NCBI GenBank assembly: GCA_004431415.1
Contig: QPMI01000022.1
Coordinates: 248,001 to 312,000, forward strand
DNA from: Cyanophora paradoxa CCMP329
Taxonomy: Eukaryota > Plantae > Glaucophyta
Direction: 5' to 3'
DNA length: 64,000 nt
Below the pieces are notes generated by a model, which ran no database searches, was not told the origin of the DNA, and saw nothing but the letters and a program-made list of their open reading frames with translations. This document shows, one piece after another, positions 1 to 16,110 of this stretch. Position 1 is the stretch's first letter. Each line of letters begins with the position of its first letter. Position numbers and translations under genes: made by a program.

Positions 1-848
1 GCGCGCGCGCGCGCGTAGCACGCGAGCTATAAATAGCTTAGCGCGGAGGAAGCGCACCGGAGGGTGCCGAGGAGGTCCTTCAGGAGGCCCGCGCGGTCCG
101 GGCAGCGAACCTGCACACGGATCAAATTCGACGAGATGAAGGAAGAGAAGAAAGAAAGGGCGGGATCGCACCTTGACGACGAACAGGTTCCCGTGCTCCG
201 CGTCCTCGCGCTCGAGAAGAGACAGGTCGATGTCGAAGACTGCGCGAGCGGCGTGAGGGGTCCTGCAGCGGGGACCAGAGGAGCTGGACGGCTCGCCGGC
301 GTCGTGCGTGTCGCAGAGAACGTTGTCCATCGACGTGCGCCCGTGGAAGTTCTGACGGTGCGGCGCGTCAGCACGAGCGGCAGTGGTAAGCGCCGCCAGT
401 GGAGCGCTCGTGCTGACCTTAGGGCCGGGCGAGCCGCCGCGCTTCTTCTTCGGCGCGGCCTCCCCAACAGCGCCATCAAAAGCAGCGGAAACAGTGAAGC
501 TGCGCGCCGCCGAGTGCACGGGGCGGGCCAGCCGTGGGCTTGCGAGAGGATCGGCCATGAACTGACGCCGAGGGAGCTGCGGGCGAGATGCCTGTAGACA
601 CATTCAGAAACAGAATTTCGCTTCGGGGCGGAGGGGCAGTGGCGCAGTGACGACGGGACGCGACGATTGCTATGGCCGCCCGTGCGCGCGGGGTCGGCTG
701 GCAGTCCAGCGGGGCTCATAAAGCGCTGATTCTAGAGCACCCATCATACCTTTGACGGCTTCGCCGGCAGGGGAAGCACGTGAGAGACGGGTCGCGCGAC
801 GGCCTGTACGCTGGCGGCGGGGAGGGCGACCGTAGCGAACGCGGCCAT
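1..848 (-). CDS. Plastid-targeted ACT-domain protein, 5' part; continues beyond the window start
   Basis: ATG at 848 gives MAAFATVALPAASVQAVARPVSHVLPLPAKPSK (Phe4, Ala/Ser/Pro-rich transit peptide), followed by a GT donor at 749. Later exons read ..FDIDLSLLEREDAEHGNLFVVK|VRCPDRAGLLKDLLGTLR, matching the ACT motif V-x-C-x-D-R-x-G-L-L-x-D. Confidence 0.7.
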
Positions 849-975
849 CTTCGTCTCTATGCGGCTGGACATAGCTGTGAACGACAGCGGCTTCTGACCG
901 CAGAGAACTGACCAGTCTACGAGGAACCACGAACGAAGCTGACGGGTACCGGCAGTTAGTTCCTCAGCCTGCAGG
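849..975. promoter_or_regulatory. Putative bidirectional promoter, 127 bp between two divergent start codons
   Basis: ATG at 848 (- strand) and ATG at 976 (+ strand) are head to head. Function is inferred from geometry only. Confidence 0.5.
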
Positions 976-4426
<3,451 letters not shown>

Positions 4427-4818
4427 AATTGATCGATATCGATACCGGCCGGGGTCCGGGCCCGCCTTTTTTTCGTGTGTGCATTTGTGCTCGATTGACT
4501 AGAATTCTGGGGAGCTAGCTCGCCCCTGCAGCTGCGTTGTAATTTTGTGAAACATTTTTCAACTGTCGCTTTTGTGCAGCACCCGGCGTGGCGCTAGCTG
4601 GGCTGGCGCCCGGGGCAAGCTGGGGCGCGTGAGCCGGTCTGGAAATCATCTTTAAATAGAAAGCATCTTTCGGCGCAGTCCTGCGCCAAACGAGGGACGG
4701 GAGAAAGCGGCGGGGGGCGGGGACAGGAGACAAGAGCGGGGCGGAGGGAGAAGGGAAGAGATGGCCGAGCGGAGTTGGGAGAAGACGGGGGCCAGAAGAC
4801 GAGCCAGCTGAAAGCCGG

Positions 4819-6637
4819 CTAGAAGATGGGAATGTACTGGGAAATGCGCTGCTTCTGGTCCTGCGCGATGCACTCCGAGATCCATACGATGTTGCGGATC
4901 TGCCGGGGTACGGGCGTCAGGAGGCGGCGGGCGCGGATGCGCGAGGGGGGCGGTTCGGCCGGCCGCGCCTTAAGAAGCCCCCTCTGCCAGGCCCGCTACT
5001 GTTCCCAAACTAGGCCCGCTACGGGCGTCGAGGGGGGTGCGGCAGCCCGCGCCCTCTTTAGACCGTTCTGCCGCGCCCGCTACCATTCCCAAACTACCGC
5101 ACCTCCTGCTCCTTAAGCTTGACGTAGGCGTAGTAGATGCCGTAGTGGAACTGCTGCTCAAAGGCGTCCCGGTTGAGCTTCACCTGCCGGCGAAGAAGAA
5201 GTTAGAAAGAGGGGAAAAGAAAGGAAAGGAAAGAAAGGAAAGAGGGACCTCGGTCTCGAAGAAGAAGTCCTCGAGCGACTTCTCGCTCGCCATCTGCATC
5301 TCCTGGAACATCGCACGGTAGGCCTGTTTGTGCGGGGGAGTCTCAGAGGTGGGGGGGAGAGGGGGAGAGGGGAAGGGCGGGGCGCACGGGGTACGGCTCG
5401 ACGGCCTGCCGGACGCCGTCCAGATCGTCCGCGCGGGCAAGGCTGCCCGGCGGGTCGGCCGGGGAGGGGTAGAGGGGCGCGGGGGGGCGCACCGGGAGAT
5501 GCCCTCGGGGTACAGCTCGCCGAAGGTCGGGTACAGCTTTTGCCGGTCGTCCTTGGTCAGCTCCGTGCCGAACGAGTTGATGGTGATGTTGATCGCCCTC
5601 CGGTCGGCCTCGAACTGCACAACCCGACGGCTCGGCTCTCGGCGCCGGCCGCGCGGGCGGGCAGCGCACCCTGAGGATGTTGCCCATGACCTCAGCGGTG
5701 ATGCCGCCCAGGGACTGGCAGAACTTATAGAAGTCCTGCGGCGGCGCCCCGGCGCGTCGGCGCGGGCGGCGGGCGGCGGGCGGCGGGCGGCGGGCGGCCC
5801 GCACCTCCAGATACGCCATGTAGAGCGTGTTCCTGATGATCTCGATGTTCATCTCGTCGAGATCCTCGATGGAGACGCAGTTGATGAAGTAGGGCGCTGC
5901 GCGGGATGCGAGGCGCGTGTGAGCCGAGCCGGGCGCGGCGGCGAGGCGGGCCGGGCGGGCCGTGGCGCACCGAGCGGGGTGTCGACGAGGACCATGCGGT
6001 ACAGCTCGCGCGGGCTGTTGGCTACGCAGAGCGTCGCGATGCTGTCGAACATGCCGAGCGGGTGGCACTTCTCGATGAGCTCCGAGGTGTCCCGCTCGTG
6101 CAGCGTGCCCGTGATGAGCATAATCACGTTGTCGATCATGTAGCCGTACCTGGAGGTCGCCGAACAGGGCGGGATGCGCGGTCAGACGCGACTCGCGGCG
6201 AAGAGACGGGGTCGAGGGCGGCTCGCGCGGCGGCACGCACGTGATGTAGTCCATGAAAGTCGACAGTGGCTTCACTGCCTGCACGCGCAGATGGTTGAAC
6301 TCCTGCACCAGCTTCTGCGTCGTCTTGTCCGCGATAGTCGTGGTCGCAAGCGGCGACGGCTCATTCGCGAGGAAGTTGCCGTAGTCCGTGCTCTGCAAAT
6401 GGAGCTTCACATCCTCCAGCGTTTCGCACTGGCACAGATTCGCGTAGTCGGCGGTCGTCAAGATGCCCGACCGGAACCCGCGAACGATGCCCTCCAAGAA
6501 GCCATCGTTCACGTTGAAGTAAAGCCTGAAGCGAGCGAGCATCAGGGGCCGCCGGCCGACTTGGGGGCCACACGAGACAGCGGGCTGGCTAAGCGCGCGG
6601 CGGCGGGTCGCATCGGTACGCACATATCTTCGAACAT
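4819..6637 (-). CDS. ATP6V0D: V-type proton ATPase V0 subunit d
   Basis: MFEDM|[137 protein letters not shown] introns. Confidence 0.97.
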
Positions 6638-6852
6638 TGCCCCCTGCGGACAGCAACGCAAAAGGGAGGCCGTCAGCTACATCGTCTCGTAACAGGCGAC
6701 CTCCGCGTGGGGTCGCGGAGCGCCCGGCTTTCTATCATGCCTAGCAAGGTGAGCAGAGCGCGAGCGTACCATCTTGACTAGCCTTCTCTTCCGCCGCGAG
6801 GCGAGCCGATGTGCACTGTACCCCTCCACAATCGGCGCAGCGGTCGTCAACC

Positions 6853-9800
6853 ATGCCTCCGCCGCCCGCGCCGACGGCGTACGTCCCGGAGACCTTCGTA
6901 TTCAAGTACACAGTCAGGGTGAGTCCGGATTCGTGCCCCGTGGCGGCCCGAGTGCTGTGGGAAAACGAGTCGGCGACGAGAACAGCGACTCAGCGCCCTG
7001 ATCGCTCCACGGGACGGCGTACAATCTATGGGATTGCTTGTATTTCAAGTGTTGCCCTCCCCCCCGCGCTAGATATGCGCTGCGCTGTCTTTTCGCTGGC
7101 TGGGTCCGAGCGTTGACAGGCGCGCTGACGCCGTCGCCAGGCGTGGTCTGCACAGGAGGAGGTGATTAGAAGCAAACCGTTTGGTGCCGATGGCTGGTAA
7201 GCGGTTTCCTGCCGAACGACTGAATGCGCTTCATCCGTACGCGTGCTTACCAGGCTCCCGCGCGCGCGCGGCGCAGGAACTGGTGAGGATTGCGCCGTGC
7301 GACGCTTCTGCTACGATCTAACTTCTCTTTTCTGCTCTTCCATCCCCAGGCAACTCAAAGTGCGCGCCGTTCTCCAGCCTCCTGCGCGCGCTGGCGCCTG
7401 CCGCGCGGATACGCGCGCCCCGGCCCCTGGCCGAGCCGCCCGTCTCATTTTCCGGCAGATCTTTCCTCGGGGAGACCACAACAAGACCTGTGAGAAGTGG
7501 AACACGCACCTCTCGGTCTACCTCGAGGTCCGCCCGCATCAAATTTTAAACCGGATTTTGAATCTTAAAGCTCCAACGTTAACCCGCGCGCGCGCAGCCG
7601 TGCGGGTCGGACCCCGACTTATCGTACCACTCTTGGAGCCGAAACGTGAAGTTCGCGATCTCCGTCGGCTCCGGCACGCGCCTCGAGACGGCCGTCAACT
7701 TCGAGCTCGCCGGTTCGATTCGAATCCAAGCAATTCGATTCGGATTCAATTCAAACGTTTCGAGCAGGGAAGAAGGACTGGGGATGGAAGAAGTTCGCGA
7801 AGCTGCCGCTGCGCGCCAGCCACTTCGACGAGGGCGAGGACGAGGTCACGTTCGAGGCGCGCCGGATTCGAACCCAAGCCTCCCTCCAATCGCGATATAT
7901 ACAGATCAAGCCCTAGATCCTGAGCTTGAGCTTGGCTCTCAAAGCTGCGAGGCTCTCGAAAACTGGAATAATTCGAAGGATTAGAATTCGAGTTCGAGGC
8001 GCGCGCGTCCGGGCCCTACAACTAACCTCGCCTTTTAAACCGCGCAGGTTTCCGTCACGTGCGCATGGCCTGACTCTCTTAAATTTTGATCGCTTCTTAA
8101 GATTTTGATCCGTAAATTCTTCTTAAGATTCCGCTCGCGACGGCTTCTTTAATTTTTGAATTTGATCGAACCACGCTGACCCCCCCCCCCCCGCCGCAGG
8201 TACCTCGATCCACCCGAGGCCCGCCGGCCGCGTGCGCCCTCCTGTACCCCTTCCCCCAACTCCCCGGGCCCCCCCTCCCTCGGGTCGGCGCCTGTTCTTT
8301 AAGCCTCACTGGGGCGCAGCGGCTGCGGAGGGGTCGCAGCGGGGGTACAGCGCGGCGCCCCTCGGCGTGGCCCTGAACGACCCGACCTTCGTACCCCCCT
8401 AGCCTCCCTCCATCCCCCTCCCAAGTAACAGCTGACGCATCGTCGCAGGCTGACGTCGTGTTCGTGTTCCCTCCGAACTCGGGCCGCCGCCGGCGCCGCC
8501 GGAGCAGCGGCGGGGCGGCCGCCGCCTCCGCCTCCGCCTCCGGATCCGCCGGGAACAGAGCCTCAGCCTCAGCCTCGGCCTCGGCTTCCGGAGAGGCGGG
8601 CGGCGCCTGCGGCTGCGGGGAGGCAGCGGAGGGGCCGGGGGGCCCGGAGGGGCCTGACCCGCTGGCTCTGGATCTTGGATTGGAGGGGGAGGATGAGGGG
8701 GGGGAAGAGGAGGAGGAGGAGGGCGCGGAGGACCCGGAGGAGGATATCCTGGACGGGCCCGAGGGGGGCGGCGACTCGGCGTCTGCGTCGGCGCGGGCCT
8801 CGGGGCCGGGGTCCCTGGGCCTAGGCCTAGGGCAAGGCCTTCCGGCCCAGCAGCAGCAACAGCAGCAGCAGGAGGCCGAGCCGCCCTCGAAGCGGCCGCG
8901 GCCGGGGGACGAGGAAGGGGACGCCGCGCCCGCAGGAGGCGACGCGGCCGCGCTGGCCGCGACGCCCCCGCCGGCCGCGGTCGCGGGGCGGGCGGGCCCC
9001 CGCGGGGAGCCATCGCCGCTGCGCGCCCAGGTGCGACTCTATGCATATGGGACCTAGATCAAGATCGAGAGCTAGACCGCCGCGCCCAAGTTCAATACGT
9101 TTCTCTGCTAGCTATGGCGCTCCCTCGCTGATCTCAGCCGCCTCGGGTTGCGACCGCCGCGCCTAAATGAAGACGATTTCGTCTAGCATCGATATTCAGC
9201 CATGCCCCCGCTGATCATGATCTGGTTGGCAGGGCTCGCCGGCGCACGGGCCGGCGGGGGCTTCGGGCTCGCCGGCGGGCCCGGGCACCCCGGGGGCATC
9301 CTCCTCCTCCCCGGGGCGCCCCCCCGCCCCGCCCCGCCAGTGCGTCTACGCCCACAAGGTGCGCGCCCTCCCCGCGGCGGGCCCCGCCCCTCCCGGCGCC
9401 CGCCCCGCCTACCCGCCGATATCGTCTTGGAGAGATATTTCATTTGCATTCGCCTGCCCGACCGGCGCCCCCGCCTCCGGGCGGGCGCAGGTCGTGCTCT
9501 CGGCGCGCTCGCCGTACTTCCGGGCCCTCTTCGGCAGCGGCCTGCGGGAGGTCCGCGTGGCTCCCCGCCCCCGGTCTAGGTCTATAGCTAGATCTATAGC
9601 TAGATCTGGTGACTTGTAGGAGGACAAGAACAAGGCCAGCGCGCGCGTTAGCGCCTGTAGCCAGCTCCTCCGCGCCCCTCCCCGGTCTCCACTTCTCTCC
9701 TATCTAGCCTAGCCAAGCCTCTCACCGCCCCGCCCCGCCCCGCCCCGCCCCGCCCCGCCCCCGCCCCGCCCCGCCCCGCCCCGCCCCGCCCCGCCCCGCC

Positions 9801-12307
9801 CCCGCCCCGCCCCGCCCTGCTCCGCCCCGCCCCGCCCGCCCCGCCCCGCCCCGCCCCGCCCTAGGCCTGCCCCGCCCCGCCCCGCCGCTGCCTCCGGGCC
9901 TCCCCTCTCTCCTCGCCCCGCCCTCACCCCGCCCCTCCGCCCCAACCCAGATCTAGATGCCTATCTAGCCCCGTCTACATCTAGATGCCTATCTAGCCTA
10001 GCCTCCCCTCTCTCCTCGCCCCGCCCCTCACCGCGCCCTTCCTTTGCAGAGCGGGATGCGGGAGATCCCGCATCCCGCTCTGTATCTAGCCTAGCCTAGC
10101 CAAGCCTCTCGCCCCGCTCCCGCCCCCGCCCCCGCCCCGCCCCGCCCCGTCTACATCTAGATGCCTATCTAGCCTAGCCTAGCCTCTTTCCGCGCCTCGC
10201 TTCTCACCAGTGCGCATATGCATCAGAGCGGGATGCGGGAGATCCCGGTGGCGGGGTGCGAGCGCGACGCCTTCCTCGACCTCCTCCGCTTCCTCTACAC
10301 CGGCGCCACCCCGGACCTCGTGCGCGATGCAATTGCAAATTAATAAAAGTTTAAAGAACCTAAATGTATAGCAAATTTCTAGATTAGATTCTTGATCTAG
10401 CTAGCGATATATATATAGATTTCATGATCAATTCCTCCCTAGATCTGCTCCGCTTCCTCTACACGGGGGCCGCCCCGGACCTCGTGCGCGGAAATTTTAG
10501 ATTCTTAATGTCGATTTAGATTCTCCTCTAGATCTCTATAGCTAGATCTCCTCCGCTTCCTCTACACCGGCGCCAGTCCCGACCTTGTGTGCGTCGACGT
10601 CGGATCGAACCGAGATCTAGATCTAGACGTCGACGTCCGGGATCCAACACAGCGTTTCTAGAGTCTTGATCATGATCTAGATTTTCCTCTCTAGATCTCT
10701 TCCCCTTCCTCTACACCGGCGCCACCCCGGACCTCGTGCGCGCGGCCGCGGAATCAGATTGTCGATTTCTAGCTTGTCGATCTAGATCTAGATCTTCTTC
10801 TCCACAGCTATATATAGCTAAATCTCTGATCATGATCCGATGCTAATAGAGCACTCTCAAGGCTAGCTATAAGGATTTATAGTTTCCAGATCGCACCGGA
10901 GCCACCTCTCGTGATCTAGATCGAGGAGTCTCTAGATCTAATCTCGAGCTCTGATTGCCGGATCCCCGCTCCGCAGGGGCGCAAGAAGTTCGCGGTTTTC
11001 CGCGTGGCGGACCGCTACGCCGTCGAGGAGCTCCGCTCCAAGGTACCGGGCCCCCGCTTGTAACAATAAACGATCGGCTAGACAGTATCTAACTAACTCT
11101 AAGTATCTAACTCTCGCGATCGGGCCTGCGCGCCCTCAGGCGCTCTCGAGGATCTTCGGGGGCGTCAGCGCCAAGTCGGTGATCCCCGTGCTGCGCTTCG
11201 CGACGCACTTCGACCGCGACGACACCCGCCGCCTCAAGCAGTCTGCACCCCGCCCCCTCTACCCCCCCTTCCTCCTTCCTTCTACCCCCCCGCTCCCCCT
11301 CCCCCACTTCCCCCCCTCCACCCCCAGCGCCCCGCTCCCGCCCCAGATCCCGCTTCCCCCCCCCCCCCCCGTCCTTTCCCCCCCCCCCCTCTCCCGGCCC
11401 CGACCCCGCCCCGGCCCCGCTCCCCTCCGCGCCCGGCCCCACCCTCGCCCCGCCCCGCCCCCGCCCCGCCCCGCGCTCCTCCTCCGCGCCGCCGCCCCGC
11501 CCGGCCCAGCCCCGCCCCGCGCCGTCCTCCCCGACTCTTCCTCACGCCGCGCTCGCCCGCCCCGCCCCGCCCATGGCCAGGTACGCGCTGGAGTACGTCT
11601 CGAAGCACCCGGAGCCCGTCTGCCGCTCCCCAGAGTTCAAGCGCCTCCTCGCCGAGGGCGGTCCGCGATGCCCCGCCCCGCCCCGCCCCGCCCGCATCCG
11701 CGCTGGCTCTTAGCTATAGATTAGATTAGATCTTACATCGTATATATATATAGCTTTACATAGCATAATTTAGGCCGAGACTCTCCAGAGCATTTCAAGC
11801 AGGCATCTTTGGTTCACATATATATATAGATCTCCACCTAGATCCCGGACGTCGACTCGATTTGATCCGGGGCGTGCGGGCGGGCGGGCGCAGGGCCGCT
11901 GGTGGGGGAGCTCTTCGGGGCCCTCGCGGCGCGCATCCGCGAGCTCCAGCGCGACATGTCCAACCGCTGCGACTGCGGTCCGCCCCGCCCGCCCCCCCTC
12001 CCCCCCTTGGCCCGAGGTCCCGCCCCGCGGCCGCCCCCTCCCCCCCCGCCCCGCGGCCCCCCTTCCCCTCCCCCCCCCTCCCCCCGCCCCGCGCCCGCGC
12101 CCCGCCCCGCCCCGCGCTCACTTTATATAATTCGAGCGCTATAGCTATCATCCCCCCCGCCCCCCCCCCCCCCCCCCCCCCGGCCCCCCGGCGCCCGCCC
12201 CACCCCCCCCCCCCCACCCGCCCCCCACACCCCCCCCCCACCCCGCCCCCCCTTCCCCTCCTCTCCCCCCCTGATCGACGCCGGCGCGCGCAGACGACGC
12301 GGAGTAG
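6853..12307 (+). CDS. MATH-BTB protein (SPOP/BPM-like CUL3 adaptor)
   Basis: MATH-like segments SKPFGADGW, IFPRGD..HLSVYLE, DWGWKKFAKL. BTB segments ALNDPTFADVVFVF..VYAHK|VVLSARSPYFRALFGSGLRE|SGMREIPVAGCERDAFLDLLRFLYTG, FRVADRYAVEELRSK. BACK-like YALEYVSKHPEPVCRSPEFKRL. Stop at 12305-12307. Confidence 0.8.
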
Positions 12308-13824
12308 AAGTAGGTCCCCAGCTAGGAGCGGGCTCGGCGTGCTTCCGTTCAATTGCAAGAGGCTTAATTTATATAAGCTTAAGCGAAGGCCGCCACTCCT
12401 ATCGCCCGGGGGTCCGCCTCGCGCTACACGTCCCCAGCGACCGCCACTCCCCCTAGGGCGGATTGGCCGTGTTTGCGCCGCCGCTGTACATGTACTTCAG
12501 ATCGCCTCTCCGGACCGTCGGATCATATAGCTATAGATAGGCTTGTACGCGCAACTGCTTTTTTCGGTTTTCATTTCCCCTTCAGGGCCTGTACATTTCA
12601 AGTTTTGCGCATGTGAGCTTCGAACTATGTACATGTATACGTATACTAGTGAATTAGCAACGTTAACACTAAAAATATTGTAGCAGTCCCAGCAGTTTAG
12701 TAAGCTATATAGCTAGCCCTGCAGCTGATCATGAACATGTACATTAGCTAAATTTCAAAGCATTTCGCACTTTTCGCAGCTGGAAGCCAGTGGAAGGCAG
12801 AGTCGAATATCAATCAAATTGACGTTGCGTTGTAATTACGGCGCTGCGCGCGCTCCCACCAGCTCCCGGGTCCGATCCCCCAGCTCTCCCCCTCAGGGGC
12901 GCCGCGCAGGGGCCTCCTTTCCCTCTCCCCCGGCCACCACCGCCGCCCGCCCCGCCCCGGCCCGCCCCGGCCCGCCCCGCCCCGCCGCCTCAAGGCGCTC
13001 GCGATTGCGATCGAAGAGGGCGCGGGGGTGCGGACGTCGACGGGGGCGCCGGGCCGGGCCGGGCCGGCGGCGCCAGCGGATCCGGAGGGTCTGCCGGCGG
13101 GCGAGCTCGAGCCCGCCCTCCTCCGCTTTTTAATTTCGAGAAGCACCGCGCCGCCGCCGGCGCCGCCGGCGAGCCTCCGGGCCTCGGAGCTCGCGGTCAG
13201 CGTCGATGCCTGAGTACCTTTCGGTAGAGGAGGAGGAGGCCCCGCCCCGCCTCGCGCTGGCCACCGGGGTCCGCCCGCCCCCGGGCCCGGCCCACCGCCC
13301 CTGCCGCCCGCTCCATGCCAGTGCCGGCTGCCTGCCAAACGGGGCGCGGTGCGGGGGTTCGGGCGTGGCGGGGCGGGGGGGTGCACGTGGGCGCAGGGGT
13401 GGGGCCGGGGGGTGAAGGGGGGGGAGCCGGGGGGGGGGGAAGGAGGGAGAGGGGGGCGGGGGCGGGGGGGGGAGGTAGGAGGGCGGCGGGGGCGGGAGAG
13501 TGTATTGGTGGGGGGGGAGGCTGGGGGGAAGCGCAGGCTCTCCGGGCCCGCGGCCGGGATTTGGTCCAGGGGGTACACGTGCTGCACAGTCGGACGTTGA
13601 CCGAAGTCGGTACGATGGGCCACGGCCAGTCGCCAAGATCAAGATTCGGGCCTTGTACGTAGACGAATTGCAAATCGCAGTTGAATCGCAGTTGCAATAT
13701 ATATAGTTGAGCAGGGAACGTTAACAACAGTTCTGGAAGGCTCTACATGTGCCTGCAGCTGCGTACATATCTAAATGATAAGGCGGACCAGACGCCGGCC
13801 CGGCCCTCGCGATCGACTCTAAAT

Positions 13825-15190
13825 CTAGAGGAGCGGGGCTGCGTGGCGGTCGGCGGCGGCCGAATCGTCCGCGGAGCCAAAGGCGCCGGCGCCCGCCCCC
13901 TCGTCCTCCAACAGCGCCGCGGGGCCATCCTCGCCCTATCCGTCATGTGAATTAGCTATAAACACAATCAAGTTGGAGCAGGCGGGAGGCCGTTGAATAT
14001 ATACGTACCTCGACACCGAATTCGAGGGCGGCGGCGGCATCGATCTCGTGGGCCGCCTCCGAATCCGCCGCGTAGGGCGCGAACGTCTCCGAGTCGAGCT
14101 GCTGGGCGTCCCTAGTGGCTTCCGCGTAGGTTTTGCCCTTCCCCATGTGGTTCGGGCCCTTCCTGCTGAGCCAGCCCCCCGCTGCGAGAATTCGAATCGA
14201 CTTCAGAGGGGGCGAACGAGAATACGAACACAATATAATCATGAAGCCTATGATGATTATAAGAAGCCTTATGAAAGGATCCGGAGTCGCACATCGGCAG
14301 GTGTTGAGGTATGTGTCGCGCGCGTCCTTCCACAAGGGCACTGGACCGCTGCAGCAGTTGACGTGGCCTTCTCCGGGCGACGTCGACGTTTTCGCGAGGG
14401 CCCAAGTCGACCCTGCGCAGAGCGGCGGGATTCGTTGGCGCGCAGTGCTCGAACGCGAATTTCAGCGCTGCGGCGATAGAATAGATCTGGAGTTTCGGCA
14501 CTAGTACTTTCGGTCCAGCTTACCAGGGGGGCAACAGACGCCGTTCTCGAGCCTCCCGATGTCGTAGCTGCTGGTGGAATAATTCGAACCGTCCACCGGT
14601 TTGAAATCGCCCACCTGGGCTTTCTCGGCACTGGCGACCTATGATGCACGACAATTAATGTATAATGATGACGTTAATCAAAGCAAATGAGCCTCGGAGC
14701 TCACGTTGGTCTCGTACAAGTTGTGGGGCCAGCTCATGAAGCGCACGTCGTTCGGGTTGGCCTTGAGGCCTTGCGCAACCTTCGCACTGAAGTCCGCGGG
14801 AATTTTCTTCGGTAGGATCTTAGCGCCTCCGGCACATTTGCCCCACCACATCCCGGTCTGAGTCTGCCTGCGCGTCGCGCCCGAGATCGCCCATGGCCAA
14901 GTCAGCCTGGCAGCCGATGGCGAAGATAGAGAGATTCACCGCAGTAAAGCTCATGTTTAACCACAAATAAATGAACTCGAATCTAGAACGGCGCGCTCGT
15001 CCCACGGTCCGAGGCGGCCGCGGCCCTGCTTTTTGAAGCTCTACTAGGCTAGACCTACCGTAATACGCCACAGCTATAGACGGAATTCGAATAGCATAAG
15101 CACGCACTCATACTCCCGTTGTTTCTCGTCGAGCTCGGCTATCACCTCCCTATTCTTTGCGACGAAGTCGGGGACGGTTTGGCGAAACAT
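13825..15190 (-). CDS. Hypothetical protein, 6 exons; the true 5' end may lie further upstream
   Basis: Phase-consistent GT-AG splicing gives MFRQTVPDFVAKNREVIAELDEKQREYE|LTWPWAISGATRRQTQTGMWWGKCAGGAK..PHNLYETN|VASAEK..GVCCPP|GSTWALAK..VNCCSGPVPLW..|SGGWLSRKGP..EFGVE|GEDG..APLL*. No family recognised. Confidence 0.5.
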
Positions 15191-15849
15191 GGTACGGGTC
15201 GATGAGCTGGTCTGGCCTCGGAACCGGCGCGGTGAGCAACTTGGCAAGCCGCGGCCCTAATTGACCTACGTGTACGTCATGATCAGAAAAGTTCGCCGGC
15301 CGCGCGCCGGGGCAACGCGCGGGGCGCAAGCATGCGCATGCACACTTCTATATCTATGATACGTATACGTATACGTATACATGATATAAGCGCAGAAGCG
15401 TATGCAGTTAACGTTGTACCGACCGAGGCCGGTATGCGCGGGGACCGCACCTTCGATTCAAGCCGCTGAGCTGCGACTTAGAGATCTCGATAACTCCGGA
15501 CTCCGGAAGCTCTCCGAGCCGGCGAGCAGAGCTCACGAACTTCGCGGAATGCCGGCCGGGTCGGCTCAGACCGTCGACGTCGGACTCGGCTGCTTTCGAT
15601 GCCTCGGATATCGATGGGACGTCGACGCAGCGGCCGCCGGGCGCGGGCCGAGTCCCGGCCGACTACTACCGGTAGTACTGGACCTACTACTGGTAGACTC
15701 CCGCCAGTCTCCCGCCGCCGGGCCGGAGTGACGGCGGACTCCGGGCGGAGTCCCTGACTCCCTGGCCCGGGGCGCCGGCCGTGGCCCGCGGCCGAGCGGC
15801 CCGCGGCCGGCGGCCGCGGCGTGCGGCGTGCCACGGACCACGGTGTGTA

Positions 15850-16110
15850 CCGTAGAGCAGGAAAATACTGGACGCAGAAAATTAGTGGAGCCCGAAATTA
15901 GTGGACCGAAAACTTGACTAAGTCCACTAATTTCGGGCTCCAGTATTTTCCTGCTGCTAAGCTGCCCCATACAGTACCCCCCAAAATTACCGCCCCATAC
16001 AAGCCTGACAAGATTTTGGTCCACTAATTTCGGGCTCCAGTATTTTGCCTGAGGGAGGGCCAAGTTTTCTAGTCCACTAATTTCCGGCCCACTATTTTCC
16101 TGCTCTACGG
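15850..16110. mobile_element. MITE-A, pogo/Tc2-like (Tc1/mariner superfamily), 261 bp
   Basis: Perfect 18-bp TIR CCGTAGAGCAGGAAAATA. TA TSD at 15848-49 and 16111-12. An empty-site copy (gtgtgTAgttcttcaagaacctcctactag) is present at about 16225-16254. Confidence 0.9.

Noticed and set aside
10278-10912. CRISPR-like repeat-spacer appearance
   Set aside because: The repeats are copies of a BTB exon end, the spacers are irregular low-complexity filler, the context is eukaryotic and no cas genes are present.
12850-13700. Possible small - strand gene suggested by a G-rich intron-like tract
   Set aside because: I could not build a convincing donor, start or recognisable peptide.
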